From Dudresnaya verticillata (lineage: Eukaryota): a stretch of 64,000 bases of DNA. Location: contig OZ374564.1 in NCBI GenBank assembly GCA_977862235.1, forward strand, positions 372,001 through 436,000, in the 5' to 3' direction. The translations under genes were made by a program, and so were the position numbers. The notes beneath the pieces are model-generated. The model was not told the origin of the DNA. It saw nothing but the letters and a program-made list of their open reading frames with translations, and ran no database searches. This document shows positions 54,315 through 64,000 of this stretch, piece by piece (the stretch's first letter is position 1; each line of letters starts with the position of its first letter).

Positions 54315-56477
54315 ATGTTCCACAACGCTCCGTATGGCTCGGCGGCAATGCAGCCGCCGCACCCGGGCATGGCTACCGCTTCGCTACCCACCGCGCCTGT
54401 CGTCCTGTCTGCACCCCCGATGCAGGCTCAGCCACCGCAGCAGCCGCTTTTGCCAATGCCTTCGCTCGACCTGTCGCTTGTTCCAGTACAACAGCATGGT
54501 GCCGCAGCGGAGTTTAACTCGTTCTGCGATGGCCTTTCCTTCAACTCGAAGGATCTGATCACTACCCTTACCCGTATCGCTGGGGAGAACCCCTTCAACG
54601 CGGATGGAATCGTTGCTGTCTTGGAGCAGCGTATTATCAACATGGGCCCCAACAACAAGCTTCCGTTTCTCTACCTTGTCGATTCTATCGTGAAGAATAT
54701 TGGAGAGCCTTTTATTGCGTGTCTGGGAAGAGACATCGTAAATGTCTTCAGCCACGCCTACGTGGGCATCAACCCGAACGTCCGTGAGTCTATGAAGCGT
54801 TTACTCAACACGTGGCCGGCTCTTTTTGGAATGGATATGGTCACTCAGATGCACGCCAAGATTACTGAAGTTGACAGGGCTCCCCGGAAGCCGCAGCAGC
54901 CGCCCATGCCTGGGTTCTCGGCAGGGATGCGGAGCATGCCACTGCATATACCGATTGGGGGACCTAACCTCCCAGTGTCTGCTCCGCCCATGATGCCACA
55001 ACAGCGAGTGCCGTTTGGAGCTAGCCCGCGGCAGCAAGGCCCCTCGTCCAAGTTTTTGCAGTTGCAAAGCTTGATGAGCCAAATAACGAAAGACGCGTCT
55101 ATCGGCAGACCACCCTCAAACCACAAAGTATTCAATATCAATAGTCTTATCTCCTCCCTTCTGCAGCAATCTTACTTACCTCCGGTCGAGCGCGAAGGCG
55201 TTCAGCGCTATCAGCAGCAGTTGCGAGAAATATCTGCGCCTTCGAGACCTCAACCTAGCGCCGCAATTGCGCGATCCGCTGCCCCGCCTCCTTCGCGAGC
55301 GATACCGCTGAGCGCAACGGCTGCGTTGTCCAGCTTGCTCAGTAATCCTCCGCCTGGCCTACTAGGGAGTAACCCTGTTGTACCTGTGACGCTCCCTGCA
55401 CGTGGCTCGTCTCAAGCACCCCCGCTGCGTGCTATGCCTGCCGCAGTGCCGATCCCGGCTGTGCCTCGTCGACCACCACCCTCCACCCCGGTTTTCCAGT
55501 CACCAATGCCCAAAGTCCTGAAGTACTCAGACATCAAAACGCTCTCGCATGCAGCGGCAGTGCGGTCTCTGTACACTGACCTGCCTTTTCTTTCGAAGAG
55601 CGATGGGATGCGGTTTAAGACGCAGGAGCAGCTTCGGGAGCATTTGGATTGGATATTCAAGAGGAACAGGTCCAAACGCGCTCATGACCGTGGATTGGCT
55701 GAAGGCGGGCTCTCAAGATGTTGGTACGAGAGCTTCAGTTCCTTCTTGGGCGATGCTAAGGATCAAGGAGATCCAGGAGATGCTGCAGACGGAGGAAATG
55801 GGGGTACTGAGCCCTCGACGGTCCTGATGGGAGGACGAGTTGGTGGACCGGGAGGAACGGATGCGGAAAAGAAGAGGATTGGAGCGATACCCGCGATTGA
55901 GGCCTCAGAGCAGTGTGCTGCGTGTGGAGAGGAACTTGAAGCGTTTTGGGATGATGGGCAGTCCTGCTGGATGCTCAAGGAAGCAACTCGAACGGAAGAT
56001 GGAGTATTTCACTCGAAATGTATGTCGGCGATAGCTGACGTTTCTTCGGAGCATCGTTCGGCTTCAACCATCATTAGTCCGGCGAAGAGTGAAAAGGATG
56101 AGCCTGTGGTTGACAAGCTAATGAAGCTTGAGAGTAAACCTGTCCCACCGCACCATGTGCGAGAGGCTGAAACGACAGCACCACCCGCTTTCGTAGGGTC
56201 GAAGCAAGAAAGTGAAGAGGGTACTGGTGCTACTGTTAAACTAGAAATCAAGCGGGAGAGTGCGATTGCCACTGCATCTACTCAGAAGAATGGATCCAAC
56301 GCGTCGCAAGCTGCTGCGCCCGAAGGGGCGTTGATGGCGAATGACGAGCAGACGATTTTGAAGGCAGGCCTTCCTATGCATAGCAAGAAGAGGGCAAGGG
56401 ACGACGACGCTGGTAGTGGTCCCGATAACTCTGCAGAAGGCTTGGGTGCTTCTCCCGAGAAGAAGGCCAAGGTTTGA
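54315..56477 (+). CDS. PCF11: Pre-mRNA cleavage/termination factor PCF11
   Basis: CID: LSFNSKDLITTLTRIA..KLPFLYLVDSIVKNIG. Clp1-binding region LYTDLP..GMRF..HLDW..SRCWY. C2HC finger CAACGEEL..FWD..WM..HSKC. Confidence 0.92.
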   Translation: MFHNAPYGSAAMQPPHPGMATASLPTAPVVLSAPPMQAQPPQQPLLPMPSLDLSLVPVQQHGAAAEFNSFCDGLSFNSKDLITTLTRIAGENPFNADGIVAVLEQRIINMGPNNKLPFLYLVDSIVKNIGEPFIACLGRDIVNVFSHAYVGINPNVRESMKRLLNTWPALFGMDMVTQMHAKITEVDRAPRKPQQPPMPGFSAGMRSMPLHIPIGGPNLPVSAPPMMPQQRVPFGASPRQQGPSSKFLQLQSLMSQITKDASIGRPPSNHKVFNINSLISSLLQQSYLPPVEREGVQRYQQQLREISAPSRPQPSAAIARSAAPPPSRAIPLSATAALSSLLSNPPPGLLGSNPVVPVTLPARGSSQAPPLRAMPAAVPIPAVPRRPPPSTPVFQSPMPKVLKYSDIKTLSHAAAVRSLYTDLPFLSKSDGMRFKTQEQLREHLDWIFKRNRSKRAHDRGLAEGGLSRCWYESFSSFLGDAKDQGDPGDAADGGNGGTEPSTVLMGGRVGGPGGTDAEKKRIGAIPAIEASEQCAACGEELEAFWDDGQSCWMLKEATRTEDGVFHSKCMSAIADVSSEHRSASTIISPAKSEKDEPVVDKLMKLESKPVPPHHVREAETTAPPAFVGSKQESEEGTGATVKLEIKRESAIATASTQKNGSNASQAAAPEGALMANDEQTILKAGLPMHSKKRARDDDAGSGPDNSAEGLGASPEKKAKV

Positions 56478-56960
56478 GGATTTGTTGGACATATGTATTG
56501 ACAGGAATGGAAATAAGAACAGGCGAGGAAAAGCCGATAGCGGTTGTTTGTACAATACTCGTCTGTGTTGGGTGTCTGGGGACGAGGGATCTCTAGATTC
56601 AATGTACAGTAAAGCCAGCTAACAGCTGGAGGCGGAGGTTATGTTATCAGCTAACACGGTTGGTTTCTCTTCAGTCCATGATTCCGGCTTGGCCTAGTAA
56701 CGACAATACCCTCCTTGAAAGAACATGCCTGAGGTGTTCGCGGTGGTTCGTTAATTAGATAATCGCGGGATGTGTCGACTGTGGCAAGCATGAAGCATAC
56801 CCGGTGCGGCGGATAAAACATGGTCTGCAAAGATCGTTCAATAAAGTATACGTATTATCTGAGAAAGTGAGACATGTGTGTTTACTTGTTATTAGCTGTG
56901 CTAGTCACCCCGGTGGCGTGCAATTCGCGGAAAAGATTCTAGGCGCGTAGCCTGGGGTGC

Positions 56961-57393
56961 CTACATGTAAGGCGACGCGAAGCGCTCAAACAGCGGATGC
57001 AGAGCAGCGCAGTAGACACAGTAGATAATGTACGCCAGTACAGCCAGCACTATAGTGTTGAAGACCACCCTCTCCCAGGGCTCGAGCATGTACAAAGCGG
57101 TCTGCAGGTTGTAGCGGTAAATCCTGCGCGCAACGCAAGCGATATCAAAGCACTAGCAAAGTTAGCCAACTGCGTGGACATAAACCAAGGGGTCAATGCA
57201 AGCGACGCTTCCCAGTTGAGGAATATAGCTCCACGTAAAGCTACTTGGGATCGCATGAGGTGGGAGGGTCGTACCAAAGGTTGACGGGGTCGCGAACGCG
57301 AAACGGCGAAGACTTGCGCGCTTCAGCCGACGGGCTGCGGTCGAGGGACCGAGCGCGGTTGTCACGGTCCCTGAGCGCCGCACGGCGAGTCAT
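56961..57393 (-). CDS. SPTSS: Serine palmitoyltransferase small subunit (93 aa), 2 exons (57393-57275, 57123-56961)
   Basis: Spliced product ..RDPVNLW|IYRYNLQTALYMLEPWERVVFNTIVLAVLAYIIYCVY..; TALYMLEPWER..FN is the ssSPT signature. The 151-nt intron reads GTACGA..GCTAAC..GCAG. Confidence 0.9.
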
Positions 57394-57824
57394 TTTTGAG
57401 TTGCGCGGAGTGCTGCGTCAGGAGGAGAAGAGGAACGTGACACTGGCGCAGTTGGGTGAAGAGCCTGGCGTGGGTCAGGTCAATGCTTTAGCGTGGCTTT
57501 CCGCGCGGGAATTGGGCTTTGGCTGGGGTATTCAAACAGCGCAAGAGGGAAGGCAACAGAAAGGCTACTCAAACGTGGTGATGCGCCATTGGCACCACTT
57601 GGCGCGAAAGTAGCGGATTTGTGAATTGCACATTGCTGGTGCTCCAACACCCGAGGCGGCGTTGGTTAATGCTGTTGCCGTACTCTGCCGAAGCGCTCTT
57701 TGAACTGCGGGCATCTGCTGTTACTGCCCAGTGCATACGGTACCACAGCGACCCTCCTCCTACAGTACAGCATCGTTCCTCCCGCCATCTCCCAGAACGC
57801 TTTGGCAGAGACTAGATCATCGCC

Positions 57825-58439
57825 ATGGTGGCCATAGTCGTAACTCCGCAAGTCCTCTCTACGCTATCTGCCGCAGGGATGGAGAAACGCGTCAAGACAA
57901 CATCAGGCGTAACCACAGTGACGCACTCCGTGCTTCGCGCCGCGCTGAAGGAGTCTCCAAACAGCCCATCGCTTCAAAATATCCTAGCAGGAGCCGAGGT
58001 ACATCTAACTCACGCGGACGCTGTTTCTGTAAACAAGCCCCCGCAGCGGAACGAGGAGTTGGATGCCCGCATGCAGCGGCTGCGCGCCCGGCTGCACGAC
58101 ATGGAGTACGCGCACATGGTGCGTGACGTTTCGCGCGCCAGTGGCACCAATGCAGAGATAGAGTCGCTTCGTATGGCTAAGTTTGCGCCGCAGCTCTCGC
58201 TGGGGCTCAATGTCATTGTTACCATGGCTACTTGCTTTGTTGCGGGATACTTTGTTATGAAGAATACTAGTGGGAGTGAGACTATGGGACTGGTCGGTGG
58301 GGTTGCCGGCATGATTATTGCCATGGGCGTTGAGGCAGTTTTGTTGCTTACGAAGATGTATACTATTGAAAACGCCGCAACCACTGAAGTACGCAAACGA
58401 GATCGCGCTGCCGATCGGGGTATTCGTCAGCGTCGGTGA
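57825..58439 (+). CDS. VMA12: V-ATPase ER assembly factor VMA12/TMEM199
   Basis: RNEELDARMQRLRARLHDMEYAHMVRDV, then two TMs: LGLNVIVTMATCFVAGYF and GLVGGVAGMIIAMGVEAVL. Confidence 0.88.
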   Translation: MVAIVVTPQVLSTLSAAGMEKRVKTTSGVTTVTHSVLRAALKESPNSPSLQNILAGAEVHLTHADAVSVNKPPQRNEELDARMQRLRARLHDMEYAHMVRDVSRASGTNAEIESLRMAKFAPQLSLGLNVIVTMATCFVAGYFVMKNTSGSETMGLVGGVAGMIIAMGVEAVLLLTKMYTIENAATTEVRKRDRAADRGIRQRR

Positions 58440-59685
58440 TGACGTGGTCTGCCAAGTGGCTCAAGTGAAAAGCCTTGCTTCCGTCTTTGAATTGGCTAGG
58501 TCGCTTGTCTGGATTCGATAACTTCATCTTGCGTTTCGAACACCGTTTTAGCCTGCAGCTGTTGCCCGGCAGTCAACAGGCCCCAAGCCCCAGTCCAAAA
58601 GTGTTTTCATGGGACTTGCATCGGTCTCTCTGTTTTCTTCTGCTGCAGCTAGGTGCAGCAACGATACAGAAGGGTAGCGTATCGGTACTGCAAAAGACCG
58701 AATTGAGTGTGTAATGTTGGGCGAAGCAAGTGAAGACCCATGCGTTCTCTCTTCCACTTCAAGTGTATCGAATCTAGTTTTGCTGTCTCGGGTAGCGCGC
58801 GAAAATCTTTGCACTACATCTCAGTGGTAAGCTTGCAAGGAGGTTAAGCAAAGTGACGGGCCACATGCGTGGTGAGTGGCCTGCTCTGATGCACCCACGG
58901 ACGTTGACGTCCTTTGCCCAGCCGTGTACGTCTGGTCGATGAAGGCGGTGATGACGTCTAATCCCTTGTGTGCGATGACTTTGCGGCCTGCTGGCTCAGA
59001 GCAGGTTGTATTGGCGCTGCAAACTGTGACTGATTTGATGGCCTTGTGAGCCGTTGAATCATGCTCCCTCTAATGAGTTTGCTCATGCCAAAATCTCATG
59101 GGAAGAGGAATGCATCCTCTTCTGGAGGAACCTGTTCGGATTCAGTGGAGTTTGATGCGCACAAGTTGAACTTGGAGTAAGCGTGGCGAACAACACTTCA
59201 GGGCTAGGTTCATGATGTACCATTATGATACTCATATATACCCAAACAATATATGTTGCAATCAACACGTCGCCAGAAAGAGCAAGGTTGTTAGGGGGTA
59301 ATCCCTACAAGAGTACTTAAAAATCTGGGGCCCAAGTCTTATGCGCTGCTGTGCGCTCTCTGCTACGGTACGACAGAGATGGGCGACTTCGCTACCGTTC
59401 GTGCTAATAATAATTGAATACGAGAAGCAGAAAGATAATGAACAGCTATGCGTCACTTAACATGAAGACACACCTAACACCTACTTTAGCATTTTGAAAC
59501 GGTACAACAGCGTAGAACGAAGGAAAAATAGCGCTTACGCAGTGAAGTTAGTTTAACATAGTACTTCGGAAACCAACTCGGGCTTTTTCAAAGCGCACTG
59601 GAGTGAGCTTAGCAGCGTCTCTGTTCGAAAGACCCAAGACAATGTCATGACGATATCGAGAAACCAACCGGACTTCGGCGCGGAG

Positions 59686-61020
59686 CTATACAACCACAAG
59701 GCTTCGTGAATGGCCTCCACTATCGTTTCGGCCTTGGAGTGTATCCGCAACTCTTAGTAAGCTTATGACATCAGTAGCGGCTTGTCTAAGCGAGCGTGGA
59801 CTGCCAGAATCAGAGCGACTGAACGAGTCTTTGCGTGGCAACTGCGGCTCGACATCTTGTGAATGGGTTGCGAACAAACGATGCTCCAGCGCGGCACGGG
59901 CCGATAGTCGCCGCTTCGGCTCGGGTTGCAGCAGGCCGCACAGAAGGCTATGTATGTACTGCGGCGTTCTGCAGCGTTCCTCGGGGGTCTGCACGACCTG
60001 GATACTAGGCTCGGAGCTGCGGCTGAGCTCGAGCATCTGGCGCATGGCATCCGAGCGAGCCTTGTCCTGCTCGAGCCACGGAACGCGGCGGTAGAGCAAG
60101 GTGAACAGGGCGATACCGCAGGCCCAGACGTCGACGGCGCGGCCGTACGGATCAACCTGACTACCATGAGCACTCTCGAGGACCATTTCGGGGGCCTGAG
60201 CATAGCCCGTGCCGACGGCGCCGGGTGAGGTGCGGGTGGCATTGATAGCGCGCTCGTCAATGGCGAGCCCAAAATCGCACAGCTTGATGGTCGGCAACTC
60301 GGCGTTGGGGTCGACGACGAGCAGGTTCTCCAGCTTTACGTCGCGGTGGACAAAGCCGTAGCGGTGGAGGTGAGCGACGGCGGCGAGAACCTGGCGCATG
60401 ATGTGGGCGACAACGCGTGGGGTGGGGCGGCGGGTTTGGACGTATTCGAGCAGGGTACCACCGGGGACGTACTCCATGACGACGAGAAAGTCGTCGGTGG
60501 TCTCACGCGCCTCGACGACAGAGATGACTGAGGGGTGCGGGGGGAGGCGGCGCGCGACGTGAAGCTCGCGGCGGGCACAGGTAAGGGCGGCGGGCGAGGC
60601 GCGCACGCGCTTCTTCGGGACGCGCTTGACGGCGACGGTCGAGCCGTCCGGGGCGGTGGCGCGGCGCACGAGGCCGAAGGCGCCGCGGCCGAGCTCCTCG
60701 TGCAGGGCGTAGCGCGGCGGGGCGGCGACCGGGGCCGGGTTGTGGCGGGCGAGGCCGAGCAGGCGGGTGACGCGCGGCCACTGGGCGAGCGACTCGTCGG
60801 TCGGGCGGATGGACAGGACGGTGCGGCGCGCGGTGAGCACGAGCTCGTTGCGGCCCAGCCCGCGCGCGACGGAGAGGTGGGCGTGCGCGAGGCGGTAGCG
60901 CGCGAGCTGGACATACGACGGGTGCAGCTCGAGGCGGACCGGGGCGCGGGCGAAGAAGAACCAGTTGGTGTCGCGGAAAAGAACTGAGAAGACGTGCGGG
61001 TGGGGGGTGTGGGAGGCCAT
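59686..61020 (-). CDS. CAMK-like Ser/Thr protein kinase with possible N-terminal PH-like region
   Basis: LGRGAFGLV, VAVK, VMEY, HRDVKLEN, DFG, APE, DVWACG; ATG 61020 in CCCACA context. Confidence 0.92.
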   Translation of the reverse strand: MASHTPHPHVFSVLFRDTNWFFFARAPVRLELHPSYVQLARYRLAHAHLSVARGLGRNELVLTARRTVLSIRPTDESLAQWPRVTRLLGLARHNPAPVAAPPRYALHEELGRGAFGLVRRATAPDGSTVAVKRVPKKRVRASPAALTCARRELHVARRLPPHPSVISVVEARETTDDFLVVMEYVPGGTLLEYVQTRRPTPRVVAHIMRQVLAAVAHLHRYGFVHRDVKLENLLVVDPNAELPTIKLCDFGLAIDERAINATRTSPGAVGTGYAQAPEMVLESAHGSQVDPYGRAVDVWACGIALFTLLYRRVPWLEQDKARSDAMRQMLELSRSSEPSIQVVQTPEERCRTPQYIHSLLCGLLQPEPKRRLSARAALEHRLFATHSQDVEPQLPRKDSFSRSDSGSPRSLRQAATDVISLLRVADTLQGRNDSGGHSRSLVVV

Positions 61021-62120
61021 TGTGGGGGTGGCGGTAGTTGCTCGAGACGGACGGAGCGTGGGCGGGCACGGGGGAGAGTTTATAGTCGGCTGCGGAAGCG
61101 CGGAGAGAGGGGCGGTGGGCGGGCGCGAAGGGCGCGGGCGCGCGGGGGGGAAGGTGCTCTGTGGGTGCGGCGGACGGAAGTGGCTTGGGATGGCGAATTG
61201 GGTGTGAGGCGGAGGAATGGGAATTTCGTCGCGCTGGGCGCAAATGCCGCTCGGTTTGGGCACAGATCACGTGAATGAGCGCGCGGGGGCGGGTGGTGTG
61301 TGTGGGCGTATGGGGCGGGGCGCGCTTGTATTCTCCGCGGAGAAAGCCTTACACGCGCGCGTGAGACAAATATGCAAATATCGGGGCGTTGTTTTGTTGA
61401 CTGTTCATGTCCCCAACCGTCACGCCGGCCAACCAGCGCGCAGTATGCGACTATGAGCATTCCCAAACCGCCTCCATGGTGCACTTTGCTTCGGTCTGCA
61501 AAATCCATCTCGCGCACTTCCACTTCGAACTTGACTTTGCCTCACGTTGCACATGCCCTCTACCTGATTTGCCGGTCGCATCACAGCCTCCAACTTGGCT
61601 TCAAAGTTGATCCTTTTAGCTTGGCCTTGCCTTCTCGTTGAGCAAAGCTGCTGCCAATACTGCCTACTTTGCAGGATAGCAGTGGTCTTGAACAACTGTT
61701 TCACCTAGCTGCTTCTGTTTGTCGGTCGAGAAGCGTTGCTTTGCGACGTGATTGTCACAAACAGCCCGCTTCCTGTCACCAGCATATTTTACATACTGTA
61801 CTACATGTACTACATGAGTATTACATTCTACACGCGTAGTAGCAGTCTGAAATTCAGTCACTCCCCGCTTGGCAGGACGACCTTCCTGCTCGGCAGGGGG
61901 GAAGGCATAGCATTGCACAAATACGCACGCTCTCGCGAGTACATGTATGTGTTCGAGTGCACGGAGTGATCGGGACGCGGATGGCCTCGGCGCGCAAGTC
62001 GCAAATTACGCCCACATAAGCACAAATTCGGTATCTATCAAGCTTGTTCCTCTGCTACAGTACACGCGTAAGGAAAAAGGTTTTTGCACGCGCAAGTCCC
62101 CCGCGCGCACGCCATTTCCC

Positions 62121-62146
62121 CTGCTGCTGCTGCTGCTGCTGCTGCT
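62121..62146 (+). repeat. (CTG)n microsatellite
   Basis: About 8-9 CTG units. Confidence 0.85.
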
Positions 62147-62916
62147 ACAGTTGTTGCTGCGGCGGCGGCGGTAGGGTGGCGCGCACGCGAGACGCACAAT
62201 GTCGCAGAGGATGGTCGCAACGGGACCCACGTCACCACGTCCCACATGTGTGCCCGGTGGGGCGGTGCAAGGGTGCGCCGCACTCCACCTGGGGATGCGC
62301 GGCGTGGAACGTGCAGCTTGGCTTGAAACTTGGTTCCGGAAGCAATGCTGCATGTGTAGATTGTAGATGCACATCGGCCGGCCGTGCACGGCGGCTGCGG
62401 ACACGGTAGCATGCTCCTGTGCAGGAGAGTGTAGTCGCGTGCAAGCTTGCGTTGAGAAGCGCGTTCCGTTGGCAGATGCGCTACTGTAGCTACATAGTAG
62501 CTGCCACAGCACGGCATTGCGGGCCGCGCTTTGCGCTAGCTGCAGCAAAACGCACCAACGTGACAAGAAGGCGCATCCACGCCTAGGCGCGGCGAGCTAC
62601 AGACGTCAGACGGCACGACGAGGCGGGTGCACACACAATGGCATCAACCGTGGCCGTTGGCGTAGCGAGCGACTACTGACACGCGCGTATCATTATCTCA
62701 GATGCGGCGCGCGCGCGGCGCGGGGGCGCGCAACCGACGCCGACCGACCGACCGACTCAGCGCGCGGACGGACACACGCAAGAAACGATCCTGACAGCCA
62801 TTTGTCTGCGCGCCGCGCGCGTACCTGGTCGCGCGCGCACCGCTGTGCCGCCGCCGAAGGCCCGCGCGCGCGCGCGCGCGCGTGGCGTGACCGCTCGCGC
62901 CACCTTGCGAGCTCGC

Positions 62917-62920
<4 letters not shown>

Positions 62921-62970
<50 letters not shown>

Positions 62971-63046
62971 GCGAGGGCGCGGGCAAGGGCAAGGGCGAGG
63001 GCAAGGGCGCGGGCGAGGGCGCGGGCAAGGGCGCGGGCAAGGGCGC
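62921..63046 (+). repeat. (GGGNNN)21 hexamer array
   Basis: 21 in-register units of GGGCGC, GGGTGC, GGGCGA or GGGCAA. Confidence 0.92.
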
Positions 63047-63347
63047 GCGCGCGCGCGACGGCCCAAGGTTTGGGCGGACGCAGCGTGCGCGAGCGCGAAC
63101 GCGGGCGGGTGCGACGGTGCGCGCTCGCGCAACCGTGCCGGTGGTGGCGTACGTTGGGCGGCGGCGGGGGCGCGCGGTGCGGAGCGCGGAGCGCGCCAAA
63201 CTGCGCGGCCGGCGCGGCACGGGCCGGCGCGGCACACACGCGCGCGCTGGGGCTGTGGACAGCGTATTTGGAGCGCAGCGGCCGGCGCGGCACGAAGCTT
63301 TCGCGAGCACGGTGCGCGCCGCGCAGGCTGCCGCGCGCGCGTTTGTC

Positions 63348-63404
63348 GCGCGCGGGCGCCGGAAACCGGGGCGCGCGGGCGCCGGAAACCGGGGCGCGCG
63401 GGCG
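63348..63404 (+). repeat. 23-bp tandem repeat, about 2.5 copies
   Basis: GCGCGCGGGCGCCGGAAACCGGG at 63348-63370 and 63371-63393, plus a partial third copy. Confidence 0.85.
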
Positions 63405-63840
63405 GCTTGCGCGGGCGGCGAGCGCGGCGTTGCGCGCGCGGCGGGGCCGTTGGATGGGCGCGCGGGAGCGATTCGGAGTAACGCCGCGCGCGCGCGCGCG
63501 CCGCGGCGGCGCTGGCGGGGCATGCCGCGCGTCAACGACGCGCGTGGTGCGGCGCGCGCCCGCGTTGCGCCGCGGCCGCGGCCAATGGGCGCGGCGCGCT
63601 GACGTGGCGCGCGCGCGCGGCGCGTCGCCGCGTGGCGCCGTGGCGCGGCTGTAATGACGGTTGGCGCGCGCGCGGCGCCGCGCTGGGACGGCGCGCGGCG
63701 CGCATTTAACCGCGCGCGGTGCGGGAATGGCGGCGCGGTCCGGGCGTCCCCGCACCCCGCCCGCACCCCGCCCTCCCCCCCCGCCCGCACGCACGCACGC
63801 ACGCACGTACGCACGCTCCACTAACTGCTTGCTAACAACG

Positions 63841-64000
63841 ATGGGCTGCGTAAAGTCTACCATGGCCAAGACGGGCGACGTCGCGAAGGACGCGGCCGAG
63901 AAGACGGTCGACGTGACCAAGAATGTGGCGGAGAAGACCGTTGAGGTGACCAAGGACGTGGCCGACAAGACGGCTGACGGCGCCAAGGCGGCCGTCGACA
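63841..64000 (+). CDS. 5' part of an 11-mer-repeat (LEA3-like) protein with an N-acylation motif; runs off window
   Basis: MGCVKSTMA-KTGDVAKDAAE-KTVDVTKNVAE-KTVEVTKDVAD-KTADGAKAAVD; ACAACG-ATG context; strong G/C-ending codon usage. Confidence 0.75.
   Translation, partial: MGCVKSTMAKTGDVAKDAAEKTVDVTKNVAEKTVEVTKDVADKTADGAKAAVD

Noticed and set aside
56997..57284. 95-aa plus-strand ORF
   Set aside because: Antisense to the spliced ssSPT gene, which has a clear family signature.
62517..63986. Several long Arg/Ala/Pro-rich ORFs on both strands
   Set aside because: Stop-free frames are expected in extreme-GC repeats; no domain or coding-like pattern.

Overview
Gene-dense eukaryotic nuclear DNA, most likely from a red alga (florideophyte-like). 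Support: an Lhcr-type antenna gene, MAFV-type plastid transit peptides, mostly intronless genes, and four GT-AG introns with CTAAC branch points. About 28 protein-coding genes are supportable: gamma-tocopherol-type methyltransferase, mitochondrial ATP synthase beta, SAM+DUF202 protein, exosome RNase-PH subunit, divergent H2B/H2A.X, REI1, metacaspase, tandem Rid2-RidA, SUC/SLC45 transporter, LHC, NT-C2 protein, PiT phosphate transporter, double B-box protein, uL14, nucleotide-sugar transporter, UAP56/SUB2, SCC2/NIPBL, bacterial-type aminotransferase, two head-to-head ALY/REF-like RRM genes, PCF11, a spliced SPT small subunit missed by the ORF track, VMA12, a CAMK-like kinase, and a truncated acylated 11-mer-repeat protein at the right edge. 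The most notable observation is a 727-nt UAP56 intron. It carries a 12-bp long-range helix touching the 5' splice site, two long hairpins, a duplicated tetraloop stem and a frameshifting alternative 3' splice site, which suggests splicing-based autoregulation. It lies in a ~22-kb UAP56/ALY/ALY-like/PCF11 mRNA-export neighbourhood. No rRNA, tRNA, CRISPR array or recognisable transposase was seen. All calls come from reading the sequence by eye; no searches were run.
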